A DNA stretch of 64,000 bases from Amphiscolops sp. MND2022 (taxonomy: Eukaryota): positions 33,234,001 through 33,298,000 of the forward strand of contig OZ076409.1 in assembly GCA_964187785.1 (NCBI GenBank), given 5' to 3'. The notes beneath the pieces were generated by a model. It ran no database searches and was not told the DNA's origin. It worked only from the letters and a program-made list of their open reading frames with translations. A program made the position numbers and the translations under genes. How positions within the stretch are numbered: position 1 is the first letter of the stretch; every line of letters begins with the position of its first letter. Below are positions 1 through 12,201 of the stretch, piece by piece.

Positions 1-299
1 GGAAATCTCTCTCCACCAATGAAATGAGCGCGTGAGACGTTATTTAGCTAATGAGATTTGTTTACTTGCTCTCTTTCCGCGTGCGTTGTTGCTTTTAATA
101 ATATCACTACTGTATTTCTAAGGAATGTGTTGTCCAGCAGTGTTTATGCAATATGGTAATGGTATCTTCGAGAAAAGTGATGATCACTCTGCTTTCAGTA
201 CTGGACGTTGCGTGTACTGGACGTTGGAATTTTAATAATATATGGATAATAATAATAACGGATATTTTGCATCAATTCAAAATTAACGGATCGGGTTTC

Positions 300-2430
300 G
301 TTAAGACGCTGACTGGTGTGGAAATACAAAACTGATCAGGTAGCTTACGAACTGTGCATTGCTGCATTCAATCATGCTGCATCAAATGTCAACATTTTAA
401 TTGACATACACATGAAAACTAGCAAACATCAAAAACATGTTACTTTGAAAACCTAAACGACGATAAATTTGTCTTTTGCTAATAATGTTGGCAAAAGGAA
501 TCCGTTTTTCACTGCACTTACGAAAGCTTTATTTGCAGCGAATATTCCATTGGAAAAGTCAGAAAATAAAAAACTCAAGTCATTTTGGAAACTTGTTGGG
601 CAAAAGTCATTCGCAACGAGTCAACATTTTGTAAGTTTGTATCTAGGTTTGTACCTACAATGTTTGAGCAAACATTGGGGAAAGTGTAACGACAAGCTCT
701 CACCATTGTCGCCGTAACCATTAGAGTTGGAGGAACACATGATATGGATATTTGCCCGGGACAGGCGCCCATGGCCATGAGCTCATTTTGCCTCCTTCGG
801 GTAAAAACTGTCCCGTCAGAGGAGGATTCCGCTTCTTGTGAAGTGCTCGCCGGCCTGATCCAGTCTTTAATTGCTGTCAGTAGCGCGAATTACGCTTTTT
901 TTTCGAAACTATCACTTAGACAGCCTTTAAAAACGTTCCAAAAGGAAATTATGTTAAATTCTCGTTATTCAGGGTGACTTGGGGAATAATATCTAAAATT
1001 GCGAAATAAGATCTAAAGTTGTCAAAGTAGCCATAAACTTACAACAATGTACAGCAATCTACAGCAATCTTGTCCACAACAGCGATTTGGCAACATCCAC
1101 ATTCAGCTCGCAAGCTGGGGCACCACAGGCACAGATTTGTGAATTAGACGAAAAGACTCATTTTTACGGTTTTCCCTACTTAAGGTAGCATACTGCTGAA
1201 ATCAATGTTAGCACCTTCGAAAGAGTCTAATTTCAGTGGTTTTTGCAGTCTCTGGCGTCTGTTCGGGCGGCTGGCCTTATGTTTTTTCTCGATCTTTGCT
1301 CTTGTTGTCGAAGTAACTGCCAATTTCGTTGAAACAGCGAAAAGAGCAATCACATGCTCAGTGCCACGTCAAACATCGAATTAGAATTTTTGACAAAATT
1401 TTCTGAACATGTTCAAATCCCAAATTTCAATATCGACTGATTTTGCTGTCTCAGAGGGTGCCGTTACAAAGTGAATCATGACATTGGAAATTGCGAATAC
1501 TTTGTTATGATTGATGAGTCTACTGATTCATGTGGATGTTTTTTATTGGTGTTTTTGATCAAAAGATGGACCTAATTGGAAGATCCTTTTGGATCGATAT
1601 GCAAGAATTTATGGAACACGAAAGTGCATCTCTTTGTCAATTGGTGATTCCAACATTGCAATCATTTTTCAAACTAAATTGTCATGAAAAGTTCAGATAA
1701 TTGAGTACAGATGGGGTAAAAGTTTTATGATAAAAACATGAAATGATCAGAGAAACTTGTCGCGCGGTGTTGAACGTGTTGCTGAATTGGATCTTATGAA
1801 AAATCTGCTATCAACCGTTTTATTTTTAGTTGTCCGTAGGACTCGTCAATGTTTGTTTAAACTTTGACTTCGCTGGAAATATTACCTATACAAGATCCGT
1901 CGTGTTGGATTACATTGCTTTTATCGGCATGATGTTTTGCGAAATATATGACGCTTTCTGGGTGTTTTCACGCTTTTGGTCGAAAGTGACTAACGGAATC
2001 AAGAAATAGGTAATCACCGTGAAGATCAAATGAACAACCTGAAGTTACCAACATTGGTAACTTTTATTTTGGGAATCTTCAGACGTCGGAGAAGTCATAA
2101 CATTACTGCAAGGGAGACAAACCAAGCCACAATCAGTTGAAAATGTAGAATAATTAAAGAAGTTCCGGAATTTGAAAATTTTGCAAGCTCTCCTCGGTAA
2201 GGGCGAATCTGACATCGAAAGCGTTGTTAAACTTTTGTGGGCGCCCATCGACAAGAATTCGCCAATGCGTCCTGCTGACCTCAAGCGAATTTTCGCAACA
2301 AAAGGAGACGTGACGATTCCGAAAAGACGATCACTTGCTCTGAACATTGACGCTATCATGTGATTAGTGATTTCATTACAATGACTCTGACGAATGAAAT
2401 GTTGGAAAAGCTAGCGTTTTTAATGCACGT
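300..2430 (+). pseudogene. Decayed hAT-superfamily (CGGBP1-like) DDE transposase, interrupted by solo LTR at 685-1468
   Basis: Fragments: C..C...H..T.KH zinc-finger remnant (~350-440); TKALFAANIPLEKSENKKLKSF (469-590); right after the LTR, YFVMIDESTDSCG (~1500-1535, DETTD-type motif); TDG near 1706; C-terminal MTLTNEMLEKLAF (~2382-2420). Many stops and frameshifts; boundaries approximate. Confidence 0.7.
685..1468. mobile_element. Solo LTR, diverged relative of the LTRs at 4662-5432 and 11429-12201
   Basis: Starts TGTAACG, ends CGTTACA. Shares long blocks with the 4662 LTR (gggacaggcgcccat, gaaaagactcatttttacggttt, gaaacagcgaaaagagcaatcacatgctcagtgccacgtca). Flanked by AAG on both sides (682-684, 1469-1471). 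Confidence 0.9.
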
Positions 2431-2523
2431 TGTAACGCACTTTAGGTGTTTCTAGAGTAATTCTTCGCTCACCTTTGGCTAGCTTTTTTTACGCTTTAAA
2501 ATCCGACCACTGAACGAGAACAA

Positions 2524-2770
2524 CCCTGGTTGAAACTGCTTGAACTTTTTACATGTTTTCGTAGGTTACCAAGATTTCCATGATTTTATAAAATTCTCAA
2601 AGAAATGTCGATGCATTAAATCTTCACTGATTCGATTTAATTTTATCAAGCTGCCTATAAAATGCATCTTAAATTTGGCGGCAATTCTGCACCGCAACGT
2701 TTCGCAGGTTTCATAAAGACGCCGTTCTAATTTTGAAAGCAGCTGAGACCTCAATCAATTTTACCGCGCT
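2524..2770. repeat. Dispersed MITE-like repeat (CCCTGGTTG terminus); second copy at ~35138-35340
   Basis: 2524-2650 is the approximate reverse complement of 35226-35340. 2690-2768 matches 35139-35218 directly. Confidence 0.6.
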
Positions 2771-4661
2771 TTCAATGCAAACAAATTTCAGTCACATGAT
2801 AAGTTTCAAAGTAGCGTCATATTCAGCGTGCTCTTTGACTAACGGTGATGACATAAGGTACATACTTGAGAAACTTACGCGTGAAAACAAAGTGATCGCG
2901 GCGGTGAAGTCGAATTGTTTTCAGTTTTAATTGAAATAGTGGAAGCTGCATTGTAATCCTACAAAATGTTTCCATGCACAGTCCGGGAATTTTCCATGTT
3001 TTATAAAAAAAATAGCCTGCATGTTTCCATGCAGCATGTAAAACGTTCAAGCAATCTCGACTAGGGAAGATATCAAAATGATTATCTTTTTTTACACTTT
3101 CACCTGGCATGCCAAACTGAATGATAAAAAAATTTCAAATGGGTTTTTATTACGCTGTGCTTTTTCATTTGCTCGAAGATTCCATCCCTTATTTTTTGTT
3201 GAAAAAATACCGTTTTTCAAAATCAAGAGAATTTTCGGCACTTTTGAAGGCAGTCTTCTGCATTGTTCTTGATTTTTCGCAGTTAGCACAGGTTTGTGTA
3301 AACCTGATAACTTTTTTATGTTCAGCTCAATGTTTTTCGATTTTATTTTTATCAACTACTCCCCTCAATTCGCAAGTCCTAAACAGTGTCGAATATCTTC
3401 AATTTCCAAAATTGAAAGATTTTTGAGTTTTTTGTATTTGGTCCAGCACTTTTTCAATGCCTTTAAAATACCTAAGGTTTTGAGCTAATTAGTTTTCAGT
3501 CCAAATCATTATTTTACAAATCATACGTAACGTTTTTGCTGCTCGACAATTTATGGGACCAGTTCATAAACAGTCGAATGCAAAGCACTTTTTGAAGCTC
3601 AACGCCCATTAGCAAACTTTCAGAATGGCATCTGAAAACTATGATGAACTAATTCTGGCTATTGACAATGAGCCCTTGAAAACAATGTTAACTCTGACTC
3701 AGCAAATCTAAAACCATAGAAAATACTCAATTTAGAGAGCAAGAGAAAAATTTTGGAAGGACAATATTAAGGTTAATACCCTAACTTTATCACAAAAAAA
3801 TGATCTGATAACTTCGGTCCTTTATTTGTTCAAGACGTTTCTGGAGATTCAGCTACTGCGGCAAGACCTCAAAGCGTCCCATTTTGGGATAAAGCTTAGA
3901 CGGCAATAAACCTCGACCGGTAGTAGTAGTGCAAATTGTCTATTATCATCAAAGAATGATGTTTCACTTTAGACGATCAATGCTGGGCAAGCTAGAATGA
4001 AAATCTGTCCATAGTACAACTGCTGTTTGAAAAGAACGCCAATGACGAAGGACGCATCACAACCACATGTCATTGTGACGTTAAGTAGTTTCTGGAAAAA
4101 AGCAGAGGGGCTATTTTTCCCGAAAGGTAACTTCAACCAAAATGAGAGACGATTTATCACATAAAACCCTGAACAGCAGAGGAAGTCACAAGTGAAAAGA
4201 TTTGTGCTCTATTATACTTGCAAAACACGAATGAAAGCGATTCGAAACTACGATAACGCTAACGCAGGATGACAAATCAATGGAATCCTGAATGATTTGA
4301 GCGTTGTGCTTTTTCCTTTTTGCTTATCACCATTTTTTGGTCCCAATTAGCAATTGAAGTATTTGAAAAAAACTGTTTGATAAGAGGAATAAGAGAAACC
4401 TTTTTTTTCATTTTCGATTTTGGCACTTTGGTTTTCTCGGGAATTTTGCGCTCGGACCTTTTTTGGCGTCAAATATTTTCTTGCCTTCCTGATACACTCT
4501 ATTGTTGAGTGTAACGCTCAATCCTCCTGTATAATAGAACCGGGAACCACCAAAACAATAATGTCAGAACCATCCAAGTTATAGAATCAAGCAGAAGCTC
4601 TCAAGCGTACAAATTAAATACAAGGATAGTACTGTAATTATGTCAAATACCAAAAAGTTGA

Positions 4662-5432
4662 TGTAACGGCAAGCAGTTATCGGTCGCTTAACACGTTAAC
4701 AGAGGTGGAGGAACCTGCAGGAATGGGTGATTCGCTCGGGACAGGCGCCCATCGCCACAGATCCATTTTGCCTCCAGGGGTGAAATACGTCCCGGGGCCG
4801 CGGGTGCTTCGACGAATACTGTCCAACCGGTCCTAGTCTTTGATTGCTAATAGTAACGGGCATCTTTCTGACTCTTTAAAGACCACCGCTTAACTAGCAT
4901 ATAAAAACAATGCCAAGAATAAGGTAAATTTCCAGTTCCAGAGTGACATGTGAATAAGATCTAAAATTGGGGAATAAGATCTAAACTAGCGCTAGCGCTA
5001 CTGAATACAGCCAAAATCACTGAAAATACATGAAAACAGGCACGAATATGGCAAACCACACAGCTAAAAAGCTGGGGCGCAGGGGCTCCAAGCACCAAAC
5101 AAGGATCTTTAGGCGAAAAGACTCATTTTTACGGTTTCCGCTACATAGGGTAGCATAATGCTGAAAATCGATAAAACCGGTGTTAGCACCTCAAAAAGAG
5201 TCTATTTTCAGTCCTTCTTGCCGTCTCTGGCTTCTGTCATGGCGGCGCGCCCGTGTTTTTGCTCGTTCTTGCTCTTTGTTGTCGAAGTACCTGCCAATTT
5301 CGTGGAAACAGCGAAAAGAGCAATCACATGCTCAGTGCCACGTCACACATCGGATTAGAATTTGACAAAATTTCTGAACATGTCAAAGTTGCAAAATCGG
5401 TTGATATTGCTGTACCAGAGCTTGCCGTTACA
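4662..5432 (-). repeat. 3' LTR (771 bp)
   Basis: Direct repeat of 11429-12201; by eye only 5 substitutions and one 2-bp indel. Confidence 0.95.
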
Positions 5433-5444
5433 TCTCTCCCCGGG
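5433..5444 (-). promoter_or_regulatory. Polypurine tract (CCCGGGGAGAGA on minus strand)
   Basis: Abuts the LTR; resembles CCCGGGAGGA before the 3' LTR of the 47576 element. Confidence 0.7.
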
Positions 5445-6573
5445 CTTTATGCATTACGTCCCTGTCATGCGGAGAGGCTGGCATTGAATACATCGCCACA
5501 TCATGAGTGCAATCCACGGGGGTCTCAAACTGGTGATGTTGCAACGGTCCAGTGGCACTGTCATCTTTTGCTGATTGGGCAACCATGAGGTCTTGCCTCT
5601 TGCCATCCAGAGAACCTGCATCGTCCAGAAACTGTTGAAACAGAGCTAGCTCGAGAGCTAGAAAACCAGTACTCAAAAATGCACCTTGAAATTGATCAAA
5701 TCCAAGATTCCATACATCAAAAAAGCACCACTTTTTTAGCACGAGTTTTCTGCAAGAGTCTGAATAGGATCCTGCTAGCACTTTGGTTTTTGGACGTCTA
5801 AAATTTCTTTTACGGAGCGCTCACGCTCCAAAGCGCACGTGGTTCTCAGCAAAACATCTTTTCCACGGCAATAAAGTTTCAGTTTGAGTTTGCAGCACAG
5901 TTAAAAGTTCTTTTCGCTAAGAGTTCTTTTCAGCAGTAAAACCACTGTTTAAAAGAAAGACAAGCTGTTTCTTTGATACTTTTTTTACAGTTCGGGTTGG
6001 TTTGGGCAACACGCACTGATGTGCAGCTCCATACCTGTATAGAGTTCAGTGGCATCTGTCAAGGAGCGCATCAGAAGCAAACTACGAACTGCTCGTAAGA
6101 GTAAGCGCTGGAGTAAAGCAAACAAAGGTAGATCAAATCTTGCTATTTGCAGATCAGGAGCGCGCGCGCTCCTTATTTTTTCAGATATCACGTTGGAATC
6201 TGGAGGAAACGTCTGGAAATCTTGAAAAAAAAACCAAAAAAAGCACCTTTCGGGCGTAGCAATACATGTAGAGTTTTTGGGTTATTTATTGCACTGGGGC
6301 TCCCCGGGCTTTAATCGTTGAGCACCTTCATTAATATAAAGATAGCAATGACTAACAAAAAATGCGAGAGAAAGGATTGGGCGTTGAAGACACCCCTTCC
6401 CCCCTTGAGAAGTAGAATGGCATTTGGACTGGGTAGACATCACCATCCAATAGCAGCAGGACATGCAACAAGCATGAAGCATCAGGAAATCCGATAAAGA
6501 AAATTCTGGAGACTGGGTCTATCTCAAGACTGGAATAGCTGTTCGGAGGACGGCCACGCCTATGTCCCTTCGG

Positions 6574-7437
6574 TCAAAGCGACCATGGTAGAACTTGGCG
6601 TGGTGGACGGCCACGGCGACGTCCATCAAAAAGGGAAAACAGAACTTTTTGCCATGAGTGCTCAAAGTCTGTGCGCGGTGGTCGACCACATCTATGACCA
6701 GTTGGTCGAGTTTTAGCTAAACCACCAGGCAACCAATTGATAAAGACTGGCGGGTCCACCTGAATAAAATCCCGTAGCCCATCTTTAGCAGAATGTGGCT
6801 CAAAGGAGTCTTTCAGCAAACTCGGTAGCAACTTCGTAGTTGATATTAGGGACTTTGTTCCAGGGAAGTGAGAGTTGCTTAAAGAATCCTGCGATAAGGA
6901 AATGGAGGATGAGATAGATACTCGTTCATTCTTCGTATCACTTGAGTAGAGGTTGCGCTCGCGCAACCCATTATCACCGGCGTGATATTCAGGCAAAGTG
7001 TCAGCAATACCCATGGTTGTAGTGTCCAAAGATATTGGGTCCACCCCCATGTCTTTTGTTGGCGGTGTCAATGGTTCTGTTTTGACGTCGTTTGAAACAT
7101 CGATATCGGCATTTATGAGGTGTGCCTGCACTTCTGCATTTATCGACTGCATTTGTGCTAGCGTTCGCGCTAGCAGTTTCTCCCTCCGAAACTTCAGATC
7201 CTCTAACTTCGTCGATCGGTCATGTTCACCTACCATATGGGAACCATTTTCCACCTTCATGACTGGTTCATCGACTGGCTGGGCTACACTGGTGCCCTTC
7301 CCCCTCTTGAAAAAGGAACGGAAGACCTTCCAACGTTTCATTTCAGCTTTAGATGTAGTCCAGAGTGCGTCGCAGGCAGTCAACACTGCTGACTTAAACT
7401 GTTCAGGATCAAATTTCGAAGTTCTAGTGGAGTCCAT
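6574..7437 (-). CDS. Orphan 287-aa protein inside LTR element (coiled-coil stretch, Ser-rich linker, two GRPPR AT-hook-like motifs)
   Basis: Longest intact ORF in the element, ATG start, sense to PBS/PPT. Contains RCGRPPR and RRGRPPR near the C-terminus. No family recognised. Confidence 0.5.
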   Translation of the reverse strand: MDSTRTSKFDPEQFKSAVLTACDALWTTSKAEMKRWKVFRSFFKRGKGTSVAQPVDEPVMKVENGSHMVGEHDRSTKLEDLKFRREKLLARTLAQMQSINAEVQAHLINADIDVSNDVKTEPLTPPTKDMGVDPISLDTTTMGIADTLPEYHAGDNGLRERNLYSSDTKNERVSISSSISLSQDSLSNSHFPGTKSLISTTKLLPSLLKDSFEPHSAKDGLRDFIQVDPPVFINWLPGGLAKTRPTGHRCGRPPRTDFEHSWQKVLFSLFDGRRRGRPPRQVLPWSL

Positions 7438-10400
7438 TATTTATGACCCCTGCCGGCAATTTTTTTGAATCGTGGGATTTGCCTCGTTTGCACCCAGGAA
7501 GGTCTACTGGGCCCCTTCCGTTGGAAAATGAAGGCTTTTTGGGTCTGCCTCCTGTACAGCGGAAGTATTGAAGATTTACAATGATAGATTTTCTGGTGTT
7601 TTTTGAATTTTGTTCAAGACGTGTGTCTGAACAGAGTCAAATTCAGTTTTATCATTCGTACTGGGTACAAAATGACACAGCACAATTTGTCAGCCACACA
7701 AGTCAGAAAACTAACCTTCCGTAGCTGATAATTGCCTCCAGCACCAAGCTAGAGCCTTTTTCAACGATTTTTTGATTTTTCAACTTTTTTATAAAATCAC
7801 TCAGATGGCTTTTACAATTGCTGGAAACGTGGTATCGGGCTCAAAATTGGTCACGCGATCACACATATAGCCAGCTACACTACAGTAACAACCAATGAGA
7901 ATTCAGACCACTGGGCAAGATTTAGATCTGATACTGACGTTCCGTATCACCGTGTCTCGATTGACACGATTTTTCACATGCAATCAAAGACTCTCGTCCA
8001 CAGTGCTGAGCTCTCGAGCTCACTTTTTCAGCAACGGTGCACCAAATGACACTAATAAGAATAGTCCAGGGCAATGTAATCCCAACTTCCCAATAAGGTG
8101 CTCCGATAATTCCCAAAAAATGATCCAATTCGTTACAATACACAGGATATCACAACTTCAAGTAACAAAATGCTATGATCCAGCAAGGCAGCCCACTCGA
8201 TACTGATCAAATATTACACGCACAGCAATGAACGAACTACTGGGAGTTCAAATTAGGGGTTTCCACAGGTTTCCAACACGTAGAAATGACTTTTTTCTCA
8301 CTTTCCCAGTTTTCGTCTCGATGAAACCTTAAACTGATACAATGACCATGCACGTCCAAGAAGAGTCAAAACTAGTTCCAAGGGTCGGCGTGTGCTGAAA
8401 CGTATACAGCACTTCAGGATTGATGTACTGACTTAAAAAGTGAGTCCAGAATCGGGGTATTAGGATCCAGTCACAGGTCAGAGGTTTTCCAGATGTTTTT
8501 TGGGTTTAAAAAAACTCCAGAGGCTAGCGCTAACGCTAGAAACGCAGGATCGACTTCAAGATCAACCACACAACCCCACATAAGTTGAGGTACAAGGGAA
8601 GAATAGTTGATTTGTGCTGAGATGACTAGGTGAAGTTTCAACACAGTACAGACGTTCGGTATCACCGTGTTCCAAGATGTACTGTTTTTCACGTGTCCAC
8701 CCAGATTCTGGCGAACTGCAAAGAGCGCTCACGCTAGTTTTTTTGGGCAACAATACGATAAGCTTGCACTGGTTACGATAGTGGGCAGCAATTTGGCCCC
8801 ACTCTTTGAATAAGGTGTTCAGGCAATCCCACAAGACCGTATAATTCGCCTTCTTGTGCAGTTTGTTTTAGTCAATTTCTCAACAGATACAGTACCAATT
8901 GACCCCAAATTTGACAGGCGCTGCCAGTGGGCACCAGCCACGCTGTTAGAATAGTGAAACAGACGCTGGTAGGCTTGCAGGTGGTCTCTTCGAGGATTTG
9001 GCCCTCTGCTCGTCTCGGTGAGGACTTAAGAAAATTGATGTTTTTCAACGTCCAAGATTTTTCAAAACACGTTCTAAGGCTCGTAGGCTGTTCAAATTTG
9101 CACCGCGCTTTTCCACAAGCACACTGGGCCAGAAAATCAACCTGGTTTGGGGCAAGAAGTCTCCAGTCACCCACAGGAAGAATTTCAAAGAATTTTTGGA
9201 TTTTCCACAAATAGCACCACAACACTCAAGAGGCTCGTGTGTGCACTGGAAGCGCCGTATCGAGCCCAAAATTGACCAGCAGATCTTAGGTACACGTAGG
9301 TTTACGAAAATGAACACAGAATTGAGCTGCACCCCTTCTACACAGTTTCACCTAGGTACAGACGTGCGGTATCACTATGTACCAAAATACACTGCTTTTC
9401 ACGTCTTTTTCACGATTACGGTCCACTGGAAGGAGCTAGCAAGCTCAAATTCTCTGCAGCAACGTAAGAACTAGCACAAGTTACGATGGTGGGCTGCAAT
9501 ATAGCCCCACCCGTCGGCTAAGGTGCCCGGGTTACTCGGAAAAATTAAGAAAAAACTGCCTTTTTGCGCACCTTTTTGGGTGCCACGTTTTTCCTATTTT
9601 CTCAACAAGTATCACACAAATTGGCACCAAACTTGGTAGTTTATGCCAATGGGCACCTACAATGCCACTAAAAGGGTCGAATTAAAGCGCGAGCGCTTAT
9701 TTGAGGTTTCGACTCACTATGTACGTTGTACACGAAAAAACACTGTTTTTGACAACTTTTTTCACAAATCGACCAAGAGGATCACCTCAGAAAGTGATAC
9801 GGCAGGCAAAATGGGACCAACGTGTTGCCCTACTATCCGTAGCACTGGGATAAACCCTCAATTGGTTGTGCCCGTTGGGTATAAGGCACTGACAGTCCTG
9901 CAGTTTTGGATTTTTTCGGTCCTCTGACGCTTCTCTGAAGTCGAAACGTCAGAGAGCTTTTCTCGACTTTGGTAACCGATACGCTCAACAAAATTTCGAC
10001 ACTAACGTAAATTTTGGTGGTAATTACGAAAATGCAACCACTTTTTGGCTAGGGTTCAGGAATCGATGACCCGACCCTAGCTCAGAGACAGTCCGGTTTT
10101 GTGGGAACTTGATCAAATTCAGTGCGTTTTTCCACTTTTCTCAGCACTGAATGGGAGTTTTTACACGCCGTTTTCACCACCACGCGTTATTTTTACTACA
10201 AAAACAGAAAACGAGAGCGCGCAGGCTCCCAGGTCACGAAAACACTGAGTGCCCCAGAGGTTTTTAATGATGCACTCTGGCACTCCTGAAACTCGCCAAA
10301 AATCAAGGTTTTTCGACCTCTTCTCACCAAGAAAACGTTACAAGCTCTCTTAAATCCTATTTTTGGTACTGTGGACTGTGCCCCAAACTAACAGCAGCAC

Positions 10401-11395
10401 GGAAGAGGCAATTACATCACAATCCAGCACTCGCCCAGTGGCATTTCATAGTGGTTTTTTGCCAATTTCGCCAAAAACCGTGTTTTTTCATGCAAAATGT
10501 GTTTCAAAAAGGACTCCAACGGCCTTTCTGGTTGTCGTTACATTATGTAGCATAACCTTCAAGGATTTGGGCTGCTTCCTATTCATTTTTGCAACTACTG
10601 TGGCTAATACTTCGAGCGCTCGCGCTCGTACCAAGAAAAGTACTCAAAAATGCCAAAAATCACGTTTTTGCGACTTTTGCACTAAAAATCGCACTTTTTT
10701 CACAGAAAACAGGTGCAAAATTACACAATCAGTTGCAACAGGGTAAAACTAGCATGCACAAATGATTCCCCGTCAAAAAATACACAATCTAAAACTTTTT
10801 TCATACCATACTCCAAAAAACTGATTCTTGCGGAATGAGGGGTGGTACCTTCGCCGTCTTTTTTTCTCAACAACCAGACCAGCCAGAGAGAAACGATTTG
10901 GACCGTCGGCAACGTCAGAGTTTGTTCTAGCTTTCCACCAAAAACCATGCTTCTAGCACGTCTCCACGGGAAATGGGAAAGGAGAGTCGGGAACACTCGT
11001 TTCAGCTCATCTATCGGTCAGATGGAACATGGCGCATCCATCAACTGAATACCTCGTACATAGCCAAAAACGCTGAAATGAGCTGTAAAACACTTGTTAC
11101 CACATGCGTAACGGCTTTCTAGCTGTTCGCTAAGCCATTACAAAGGTACCCGCTGATGGGAACGTGCAATTTTAGACGATACCTGTCAACAAATACCTGT
11201 TATCAAAACGTACCATAGGTTTTCGGAAAAATCCCCCGAAAGACTGGAAAAACACCAAAATACAACGTCATAACATCTAAAAAATTTGGAAAAACTCTGG
11301 GTAAACGTCTCCTTCCAGAGTCCAATCGTTCTTGGCGTCCAATACCAGCGGGTCGGAAATTTCAAAACCATATAATAGGGCAGTAATCGGAAGCG

Positions 11396-11413
11396 ATCCC
11401 TCTGTGGTCGCCA
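11396..11413 (-). promoter_or_regulatory. Primer-binding site, tRNA-Arg(TCG)-like
   Basis: TGGCGACCACAGAGGGAT on the minus strand, identical to 48310-48327. Complementary to a tRNA 3' end ...UCCCUCUGUGGUCG-CCA, resembling metazoan tRNA-Arg(TCG). Confidence 0.8.
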
Positions 11414-11428
11414 AAAAATGAGGTCTCA

Positions 11429-12201
11429 TGTAACGGCAAGCAGTTATCGGTCGCTTAACACGTTAACAGAGGTGGAGGAACCTGCAGGAATGGGTGATTC
11501 GCTCGGGACAGGCGCCCATCGCCACAGATCCATTTTGCCTCCAGGGGTGAAATACGTCCCGGGGCCGCGGGTGCTTCGACGAATACTGTCCAACCGGTCC
11601 TAGTCTTTGATTGCTAATAGTAACGGGCATCTTTCTGACTCTTTAAAGACCACCGCTTAACTAGCATATAAAAACAATGCCAAGAATAAGGTAAATTTCC
11701 AGTTCCAGAGTGACATGTGATTAAGATCTAAAATTGGGGAATAAGATCTAAACTAGCGCTAGCGCTACTGAATACAGCCAAAATCACTGAAAATACATGA
11801 AAACAGGCACGAATATGGCAAACCACACAGCTAAAAAGCTGGGGCGCAGGGGCTCCAAGCACCAAACAAGGATCTTTAGGCGAAAGGACTCATTTTTACG
11901 GTTTCCGCTACATAGGGTAGCATAATGCTGAAAATCTATAAAACCGGTGTTAGCACCTCAAAAAGAGTCTATTTTCAGTCCTTCTTGCCGTCTCTGGCTT
12001 CTGTCATGGCGGCGCGCCCGTGTTTTTGCTCGTTCTTGCTCTTTGTTGTCGAAGTACCTGCCAATTTCGTGGAAACAGCGAAAAGAGCAATCATATGCTC
12101 AGTGCCACGACACACATCGGATTAGAATTTTTGACAAAATTTCTGAACATGTCAAAGTTGCAAAATCGGTTGATATTGCTGTACCAGAGCTTGCCGTTAC
12201 A
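11429..12201 (-). repeat. 5' LTR (773 bp)
   Basis: TGTAAC...GTTACA; near-identical to 4662-5432. Confidence 0.95.

Larger units (their letters stand above)
4662..12201 (-). mobile_element. Non-autonomous LTR retroelement (LARD-like), 7.5 kb, no recognisable gag/pol
   Basis: Two LTRs with 13-bp terminal inverted repeats TGTAACGGCAAGC...GCTTGCCGTTACA. PBS at 11396-11413 and purine tract at 5433-5444 give minus orientation. TGA lies on both flanks (4659-4661, 12202-12204). Confidence 0.9.

Noticed and set aside
3560..4290. Possible decayed coding relic (also 34570-35140 and 38078-38284)
   Set aside because: Coding-like composition, but no motif I can assign.
6998..7468. 156-aa plus-strand ORF
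   Set aside because: Antisense shadow of the 287-aa ORF.
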